DNA of 64,000 nucleotides from an uncultured Pseudomonadota bacterium. Lineage in GTDB: Bacteria > Pseudomonadota > Gammaproteobacteria > Burkholderiales > JALYOK01. The stretch is taken from NCBI GenBank assembly GCA_902826775.1, contig CADEHE010000009.1, positions 107,726 through 171,725 on the forward strand. Direction: 5' to 3'. The translations under genes and the position numbers were made by a program. How positions within the stretch are numbered: the first letter of the stretch is position 1; every line of letters starts with the position of its first letter. Below are positions 58,401 through 64,000 of the stretch, piece after piece. The notes under the pieces are model-generated. The model saw only the letters and a list, made by a program, of their open reading frames with translations. It did no database searches and had not been told where the DNA came from.

Positions 58401-58909
58401 CTGCCCATGGGAAACAGGTCGATCAGTCCGCCGCGCACGCAGTACTCGCCGGCACGCACGACCTGGGTCACGTGGGTATAGCTGGCGAGGCTGAGTTGCT
58501 GTCGCAGCGCGTCGACGTCGAGCCGGTCGCCGCGCTTGATGAAGAATGTGTGGGCAGCAAGATATTCGCGCGGTGGTAAGCGCTGCAGCGCCGTGCTTAC
58601 CGGCGCCAGGACAATACCGATGCCGCCTCGCGCAAGTTCGTATAGCGTGGCCAAACGGTCGGAGACCAGGTCTTGATGGGGCGAAAGTTGATCGTAAGGT
58701 AGCGTCTCCCAGTCCGGAAAGGAATGAACTTTGAGCGTGGGCGCGAACCACGCGATTTCTTCGGACAAGCGCTGCGCGTCCCCTGCGTTTTCGCACAGAA
58801 CCAGCAACGATTTTGCGTCCTTCTGCGCCAGTGCGGCGATGACTCGGGCATCAGCCGAACCATGCAACGCCAAAGTGGCATCGCGGGCAGAGGAGGGTTG
58901 GGAATTCAC
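55451..58909 (-). CDS. mfd: transcription-repair coupling factor
   Basis: 1152 aa; UvrB-homology module, superfamily 2 helicase motifs (GDVGFGKTEVA, DEEHRFG) and TRG motif. Confidence 0.9.
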   Translation of the reverse strand: MNSQPSSARDATLALHGSADARVIAALAQKDAKSLLVLCENAGDAQRLSEEIAWFAPTLKVHSFPDWETLPYDQLSPHQDLVSDRLATLYELARGGIGIVLAPVSTALQRLPPREYLAAHTFFIKRGDRLDVDALRQQLSLASYTHVTQVVRAGEYCVRGGLIDLFPMGSAVPYRIDLLDNDVESIKTFDADSQRTLFPVPEVRMLPAREFPFDDAARKLFRQNFRERFEGDPSKSQLYKDVSAGIPTAGIEYFLPLFFQATATLFDYLPQDARVCLHHRVHKAIEDFWRDTRARYQLLGGDLSRPIMPPQELFLSEEAFFVGLRQFSRIDLPSLPLGPGIDGTALVPVLEHAAQHATLALPDISVDRRALDPLRKLREWHEQHGGRILIVAESLGRRETLLEFLRQNDLRAQVYGALSEFVDDIDADVHTLGLVAGPIAYGFDLPALKLAIVTESELYAAQVRQSRQRDARRASADTLLRDLAEVRAGDAVVHVQHGIGRFLGLVNLDLGEGQTEFMMLEYAGGDKLYVPVSQLAVISRYAGGPPEAAPLTKLGSGQWEKAKRKAAEQVRDTAAELLHLYAQRAARPGHAFEFKQHDYDTFAAGFEFEETPDQRAAIEAVLGDMRAGRAMDRLICGDVGFGKTEVAMRAAAVAVFASAQVVILVPTTLLAEQHFLNFSDRFAEWPVKIAELSRFRSAKEQSAALQGLAEGKIDIVIGTHRLLQRDVKFKNLGVVIIDEEHRFGVRQKDRLKALRAEVDVLTLTATPIPRTLGMALEGLRDFSVIATSPQKRLAIKTFVHPYSAGLVREAVLRELKRGGQVFFLYNDVATMPVMMQKLTALLPEARIAMAHGQLRERELEHIMRDFYHQRYNLLLCSTIIETGIDVPTANTIIIERADKFGLAQLHQLRGRVGRSHHQAYAYLLTPPDEALTAQAKKRLEAIQMMEELGSGFFLAMQDLEIRGAGEVLGESQSGEMQEVGFSLYVEMLNKAVRALKRGENWSMEEPLNVTTEINLHAPALLPESYCSNVNERLVIYKRLANAETLEQLDAFEEELIDRFGLAPEQVKTLIETHRLRLLGAPLGVVKIDAHGEAATIQFRPNPPVAAERIIGLIQQHGKTYKLAGPDKLKLLAPGKNALQRAQSIKLLFKQLA

Positions 58910-59048
58910 TTATAGCGGGCGTGGGCCGAAGGGGCGCCATTATACGCAAACGAAGTGCGTGATTGGCTCCTCCACGGCGGTGGCAGCCCGGTTCGTGATA
59001 CCATGTTTTGCTAGGCAAAGCAGTTGGAACAGAACAGGCAAAGGTGCA

Positions 59049-59453
59049 GTGGTGCGCGCGTTACGCAAGATCCTCCACGTCGACGACAATCCCGATATCC
59101 TCACGGTGAGCAAGCTGGCACTGGAGCGCGTAGGTGGCTACGAAGTGTGCGTTGCGAGTTCCGGCAAAGAGGCGATAGGCGTCGCCGCCCAGTTTCTCCC
59201 GGATCTCATCTTGTTGGACGTGTTGATGCCAGAGATGGACGGGTGCGCCACCCTAGTCGAATTGCGCGCTACCAGCGAAACTGCCCGCATCCCCGTCATC
59301 TTTCTATCGGCCTCGGTAATGCCCGAGAAAGTGACCGAGTACAAGCGGCTCGGCGCCCTGGATGTCATTGCCAAGCCGTTCGATCCGCTCAAACTCCCTG
59401 AGCAAGTTTCGCTGTTGTGGAACGCCAACGCTGACGCGCTAGAGCAGCCATAA
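59049..59453 (+). CDS. single-domain response regulator (CheY-like receiver), GTG start
   Basis: Receiver motifs HVDDN, LLDVLMP, KPF; no in-frame ATG; GTG at 59049 lies after a GGCAAAGG SD-like sequence. Confidence 0.6.
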   Translation: MVRALRKILHVDDNPDILTVSKLALERVGGYEVCVASSGKEAIGVAAQFLPDLILLDVLMPEMDGCATLVELRATSETARIPVIFLSASVMPEKVTEYKRLGALDVIAKPFDPLKLPEQVSLLWNANADALEQP

Positions 59454-59532
59454 GGCGCGCCTTTAGGCGGGCAGTTTTCGCCGCGAGACGCCGGGGTGCG
59501 CCGCGATTGTCGCGGCGGCGACCAAGCGCTGC

Positions 59533-60795
59533 TTACTGAATAATACCGAATTGTTCGCTCAAGTGCGTGATCAGACCGCTCGCATTTTCGAAGCGATCCG
59601 CTGGGCGCTTAGCGACAAGCCGTTCGAGTAACACCTGATACTGCGTGAACTTCGCCGGCAGCTTCGGAATGTCGTCATGGATATGTTTGTACACCAGCGA
59701 CACGGCGTTATCGGCAGTGTACAGCCTTCTGCCCGCCAACATTTCGTAAAGTATCACGCCGACGCTGTATAAGTCGCTGCGCGCGTCCAGCACCTTGCCT
59801 AGACCTTGCTCGGGGCTCATGTAGTACGGCGTGCCGAACACTTGACCATGCACAGTCAATTGCGCCGTGTCTTCGACGTGCTTTGCGATGCCGAAGTCCA
59901 CGATGCCCAGCGTGTCATCGGCGCGGAACAGAATATTCTGGGGTTTGAGATCGCGATGCACCACGCCGCTGGCATGTACCGCTTCTAGGCCAATTGCGAT
60001 CTGGCGAACGACCCGCAACGCCTCTGGTCCCGCGACGCCTCTGTCGATGCGGGCTTTGAGATCGCCGCCGACAAAGTACTCCATTGCCAAGTAAGCGTGC
60101 TCCTGGCTGAAGCCTTGATCGAAGATGCGCGCGACATAAGGGCTGTCGATCTTAGAGATGATGCCGCATTCACGGATAAACCGGCGCAAGAATTCGTCGT
60201 TCTTACTGAGCTCGGCGTCGACAATCTTCAGCACCAGTTGCAACTCATCGCCGGTGCGCCGCGCAAGGTAAACGCTCGACATGCCCCCTTCGCCGATCTT
60301 GCGCACGACGGTGTAGCCGCTGATTTCGATTCTGTTAACCGCGCCGCTGCGCTCTTGCCGCTTCGCCACGAGGTGCACACTGGTGGCGGGGCGGCTGATC
60401 GCTACCGCCTGCGCGCCCGCGGTGCAATCGGAGATCGCGTTGATCAAGCGTTGTTTGGAAAGATCGTGCTTGCGCAGGTAGTCGCTGGCGCCGAGCTTCA
60501 TCGCTTCGACGGCCACAGCTTCGCTGCCGTGCCCGGTCAAGAAAATAATCGGCGGACAGGTCTGATCGATTTTCAATTGGCGCAGCCAAGTCAGGCCGTC
60601 GTCGGTGCCGAGCATATAGTCGAGCAACACGACATCGTAGTTGCTGAGGGCCGCGGCCAACCCATCGCGGCCGCGCGTGGGCGGGTCCCAGCTGTCGACC
60701 TTGGCTTGCGCCCATTCGACTTGTATGAAGCGCTTGGCGAGCTGACAAAAGTCGCTTGAATCATCAATAATAAGAACGGCGGGAGCTTTGTTCAC
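59533..60795 (-). CDS. response-regulator receiver fused to Ser/Thr protein kinase
   Basis: N-terminal REC (LIIDDSSD, KLGASDYL), then Hanks kinase motifs GEGGMSSVY, HRDLKPQN, DFGIAK; GTG start overlaps the upstream stop as GTGA. Confidence 0.7.
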   Translation of the reverse strand: MNKAPAVLIIDDSSDFCQLAKRFIQVEWAQAKVDSWDPPTRGRDGLAAALSNYDVVLLDYMLGTDDGLTWLRQLKIDQTCPPIIFLTGHGSEAVAVEAMKLGASDYLRKHDLSKQRLINAISDCTAGAQAVAISRPATSVHLVAKRQERSGAVNRIEISGYTVVRKIGEGGMSSVYLARRTGDELQLVLKIVDAELSKNDEFLRRFIRECGIISKIDSPYVARIFDQGFSQEHAYLAMEYFVGGDLKARIDRGVAGPEALRVVRQIAIGLEAVHASGVVHRDLKPQNILFRADDTLGIVDFGIAKHVEDTAQLTVHGQVFGTPYYMSPEQGLGKVLDARSDLYSVGVILYEMLAGRRLYTADNAVSLVYKHIHDDIPKLPAKFTQYQVLLERLVAKRPADRFENASGLITHLSEQFGIIQ

Positions 60796-61955
60796 AGGGG
60801 CGTCTCGCTGCGCCACGCGCTTTGGGGAATTTCGAGTACCGGGATTGGGGCGGCTTTGCCTTTGAGGGCCATTGCCGGAAGCGAGCGCGTCTGAAAGCGC
60901 CGTACTAGATCGTCCGCGTCGGCGACACATGTTTCCGAGAGCAGTATCTGATTGTGATGAGCTTGCTGCGTTAGGCGGGCGGCGACATTCACCGCGTCGC
61001 CGATCACCGTGTAGCTCATGTAGGTGGGCGAGCCGATGTTGCCGACGATGACCTTACCGCGGTTGACGCCGATGCCCAGACCAACGTCAATGCTGTGCTC
61101 ACGCTGCCAGCGCTGCGCCAGCGGTTGAAACTTGCGCTGCATGTGGCAAGCGGTGTGTAGAGCGCGCTCAACGGCGTCAGCCTGTGGCAGCGGCACGCCG
61201 AAGCCCGTCAGCAGGCTGTCGCCGGACATGTTGAATACGGTGCCTTCGAACTGATACGCGACATCGGTAACGGTGGCAAAGAAATCGTTCAGCAAATTGA
61301 CGATAGTGTCGGCGTCCAACTGTTCCGTGATGCGCGTAAAACCGCGGATGTCGGCGAACAATATGACTGCCTCCATGCGGCTGCGGCGTTGCAGCAGCAA
61401 CTCGCGCCCGTCTTGCCGCGCCAGAATTTCAGCGACAATTTTTGGCGCGATGTAGCGTTGAAACAAGCGCTGCAACTCTTCGCGGCGATCGACTTCCTGC
61501 TGCAGGCGCGCCGCCTCGAGTGCGCGGCGGGCAAACGATAGTTTCAGCAGGGATCTCACCCGCGCGATGAGTTCCTCGCGATACACGGGTTTGGTTAGGA
61601 AGTCGTCGGCGCCAGCGGTGATGCCTTTGACTCGATCCGCGCGGCTGTCGAGCCCCGTGACCAACACGATCGGCACGTCCAAGGTCTGCGGGTCTTCTTT
61701 CAATTGCCGGCAAAGCTCGATGCCATTCACACCTTGCATGATGACATCGAGCAAGATTACATCCGGCTTCTTTATCTTGATGAGTTCAAGCGCCTCCTGG
61801 GCGTTGCGCGCCGGCAACGCTTGCAGCCCCTCAGCGGTGAGGTAACGGCCCATAAGTACTAACGCTTCTTCCTGATCGTCGACGATTAAAATGCGACCAC
61901 CGCCGCTTGTTGGAGCAGCAGGTGTTGCCGGCGCGGATTCGTTGGCTTGCATCAA
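60792..61955 (-). CDS. response-regulator receiver fused to class III adenylate/guanylate cyclase
   Basis: REC (ILIVDDQEE, LLDVIM, KPV) followed by a CHD cyclase domain (ILFADIRGFT, GDSLLTGFG, YTVIGDAVNVAARL). Confidence 0.75.
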   Translation of the reverse strand: MMQANESAPATPAAPTSGGGRILIVDDQEEALVLMGRYLTAEGLQALPARNAQEALELIKIKKPDVILLDVIMQGVNGIELCRQLKEDPQTLDVPIVLVTGLDSRADRVKGITAGADDFLTKPVYREELIARVRSLLKLSFARRALEAARLQQEVDRREELQRLFQRYIAPKIVAEILARQDGRELLLQRRSRMEAVILFADIRGFTRITEQLDADTIVNLLNDFFATVTDVAYQFEGTVFNMSGDSLLTGFGVPLPQADAVERALHTACHMQRKFQPLAQRWQREHSIDVGLGIGVNRGKVIVGNIGSPTYMSYTVIGDAVNVAARLTQQAHHNQILLSETCVADADDLVRRFQTRSLPAMALKGKAAPIPVLEIPQSAWRSETPL

Positions 61956-61965
61956 GGCGCTGTGT

Positions 61966-62271
61966 CTATGTGAATTCGACTTCCACTGCGTCGAGGTACT
62001 CGGCGTAGCGCGCGATCAGGTCAGCGAGGATTTCGTTTTGCGCATCCTTACCGGCCTTCTCGATCGCGGCGCCAATGTTGGTGATCTCGTGAAACCCGTA
62101 GCCGCCGCCCACGCCTTTCAGGTTATGGCCAATAATGCGCATTGCGTCGAAGTTGCCCGATTTCAGCGCTTCTCTGAGTGAGCCCAGATCGCGCCGGCGA
62201 TTGGTAAGAAATGTGGGTACAAGGTCTTGGATCTCTCGATCCACAAGGACAGTAATTTTCGTCGTCATCAC
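61966..62271 (-). CDS. Hpt (histidine phosphotransfer) domain protein
   Basis: 101 aa with HNLKG phospho-accepting His motif. Confidence 0.7.
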   Translation of the reverse strand: MMTTKITVLVDREIQDLVPTFLTNRRRDLGSLREALKSGNFDAMRIIGHNLKGVGGGYGFHEITNIGAAIEKAGKDAQNEILADLIARYAEYLDAVEVEFT

Positions 62272-62302
62272 CTATTATCCTCAAATCGCGCGAGGCATTG
62301 AC

Positions 62303-64000
62303 TCAAGCATTCAGCGTCGATGAGACGGCCGAGCTGCGCGCCTCTCGCTGCAGCAAATCGCGCAGCATCGCAAACAAGCGTTCACGGTTGACTGGTTTTG
62401 CAACGTACCCATCGCAGCCATCGCGCAGCGATTGTTCGACCTCGGGGCCCTCGGGGTGCGCGGTGAGGGCCAAAATGGGGCGCGTGTAACCCAGCGCGCG
62501 CAGGCGCGTCACGGCGACGTTGCCGCGCATCACCGGCATCTCCATATCCATGAGGATCACTTGCACGTCATGTTGCATGGCCATGCTTACGGCTTCCGCG
62601 CCGTTTTGCGCGGTAATCACATCCAAACCCATGCGCGCGAGGTAACGGCTCACCAGTTCGCGGATGTCCTGATTGTCGTCCGCCAGCAATACTTGTCCGC
62701 GCAACTTTTCATCGCTGGCCGCGGGTTTCACTTCAGGCTGCGGTTGTTCTTGCGGACATTGACGTGCCGGGAGGGTCACCGAGAATGTGCTGCCTTTGCC
62801 CAGGGTTGACTGGACGGTCAAGTTGCCGTGCATGAGCTGGCACATGTTGCGGCTGATGCTTAGGCCTAAGCCGGTGCCGCCGTGTACGCGCTCGGTGCTG
62901 TCAGTGCCCTGCTGAAACGGCTCAAAGATGCGCTGCATGGCGCTAGGAGGAATGCCAGGGCCGGTGTCAACCACCGCTAGATTGAGTTGTCCGTCATGCC
63001 ATTTCGTGTCGACGCTGACGCTGCCGCGCTGCGTGAACTTGATGGCGTTGCCCACCAAGTTGATAAGAATCTGACGCAGGCGAAAACTGTCCAACTCCAA
63101 CACCGACGGCAGATTGGGCGCATAGCTGGCGGCGAGGCTAAGGTTTTTGTCGCGCGCCAAGGGCGCTAAGGTTGTGACGACATCTTCTATTACTTCGCGC
63201 ACGCGAGTGGGCACATTGTTTATTTTTATCTGGCCTGCCTCTAACTTGGATTGATCGAGCATGTTGTTGATGAGCGTCATCAAGTGATCACTGTTCTTTG
63301 CAATGACCTTCGAGTACTGTTCGTGAGCTTTATCTTGAGAGCCCGATTCGGACAGCAGTTTGTTGTAACCGATGATAGCGGCCAGTGGTGTGCGCAGTTC
63401 GTGCGTCATCTGGGAGATGAACTGGCTCTTGAGCTGATAAGCCTGCTCCGCCGCCATTTTTTCCAGCGAAAGCCTTTGACGTTCCCGGTAGAGCCAAAAA
63501 AGTCGCAGCAGCGTTAACAGCGCAAACATCCATAACGTTGCCAGGATCGGGCGCAGCACGGTGAGTTGCTGCCCGCGCAAGTACAGCACGCACGACAGTG
63601 CCAGCACTAGTCCAACGCTGCCTGCCAGTGCTATCAATCCTGACCAGGGCGTGGCGCTCGCGCCACGCCGGAAGGCCAGCAGCGGAATCGCTATGGCGGC
63701 GAGCATCAGCAGGATTTCCCAGCCCCAGTGAGCCGGCCGAAGCACCAAGCCGCGTTCCAGCATGCCCGTGGTGGTGGCCAACGCGAGCAGGCCAGCCATT
63801 TCCCCGTAGAGCGTAAGGACGCGGTCGCCGAGGATCGCAGTTGAACTGCCGACGAAAACCTTGCGTCCGCGGATACGCTCGCGGATCGGCGGCAGTGGCT
63901 CCTTGCCGTCTATTGCGTCAATCAGTTGGTGAAATGGCAACACGTCGACGCTGCGCATATCACTCTCGCGCGGGAACTTGAGCGCCACTTCGCCAGCGGC
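62303..64000 (-). CDS. hybrid sensor histidine kinase with C-terminal receiver (N-terminus beyond window end)
   Basis: TM region, HisKA H-box MTHELRTPL, HATPase N/G boxes, then REC (VLLADDNQD, ILMDMEMP, KPV); the ORF runs off the 3' window edge. Confidence 0.8.
   Translation of the reverse strand, partial: AAGEVALKFPRESDMRSVDVLPFHQLIDAIDGKEPLPPIRERIRGRKVFVGSSTAILGDRVLTLYGEMAGLLALATTTGMLERGLVLRPAHWGWEILLMLAAIAIPLLAFRRGASATPWSGLIALAGSVGLVLALSCVLYLRGQQLTVLRPILATLWMFALLTLLRLFWLYRERQRLSLEKMAAEQAYQLKSQFISQMTHELRTPLAAIIGYNKLLSESGSQDKAHEQYSKVIAKNSDHLMTLINNMLDQSKLEAGQIKINNVPTRVREVIEDVVTTLAPLARDKNLSLAASYAPNLPSVLELDSFRLRQILINLVGNAIKFTQRGSVSVDTKWHDGQLNLAVVDTGPGIPPSAMQRIFEPFQQGTDSTERVHGGTGLGLSISRNMCQLMHGNLTVQSTLGKGSTFSVTLPARQCPQEQPQPEVKPAASDEKLRGQVLLADDNQDIRELVSRYLARMGLDVITAQNGAEAVSMAMQHDVQVILMDMEMPVMRGNVAVTRLRALGYTRPILALTAHPEGPEVEQSLRDGCDGYVAKPVNRERLFAMLRDLLQREARSSAVSSTLNA

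Overview
This is a GC-rich window, probably from a betaproteobacterium (gene content and order resemble Burkholderiales). It has three parts. The first ~26.5 kb is ordinary core chromosome. It carries moaC, rlmJ, valS, holC, pepA, lptF, a coxMSL-type molybdo-oxidoreductase operon, dnaX-ybaB-recR and homospermidine synthase. Two related GC-rich palindromic MITE/REP-like elements also sit in intergenic gaps there. At tRNA-Pro(TGG) (26551-26627) the sequence changes character into a ~14 kb accessory island. The island holds a ~180-bp direct repeat pair flanking a TetR plus PEP-CTERM module, a split BLUF photoreceptor and EAL phosphodiesterase pair, an SPFH protein, a transposase fragment and a second PEP-CTERM protein. 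Its centrepiece is a ~4.9 kb minus-strand array of about 30 tRNA or tRNA-like genes (32854-37710) with an rtcB RNA ligase gene embedded in it (34192-35412). The array supplies at least one isoacceptor for all 20 amino acids and favours anticodons that read A/U-ending codons. Several members look functional: His carries an encoded G-1, Ala has G3:U70, Tyr/Ser/Leu are type II. Other members are structurally aberrant, with 100-200 nt units and insertions in the D-loop, in the variable region or between the T-arm and acceptor. Two ~115-nt units share an identical 40-nt insert. Downstream of the island are two adjacent giant ORFs (1526 and 1501 aa) of unknown function. They are followed by a Sel1-repeat protein, a radical-SAM enzyme with a small candidate precursor ORF, mfd, and a phosphorelay cluster (hybrid HK, Hpt, REC-adenylate cyclase, REC-Ser/Thr kinase, REC) with GTGA start/stop coupling. 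All tRNA boundaries and anticodons were folded by eye without tRNAscan-SE, so coordinates may be off by a few nt.
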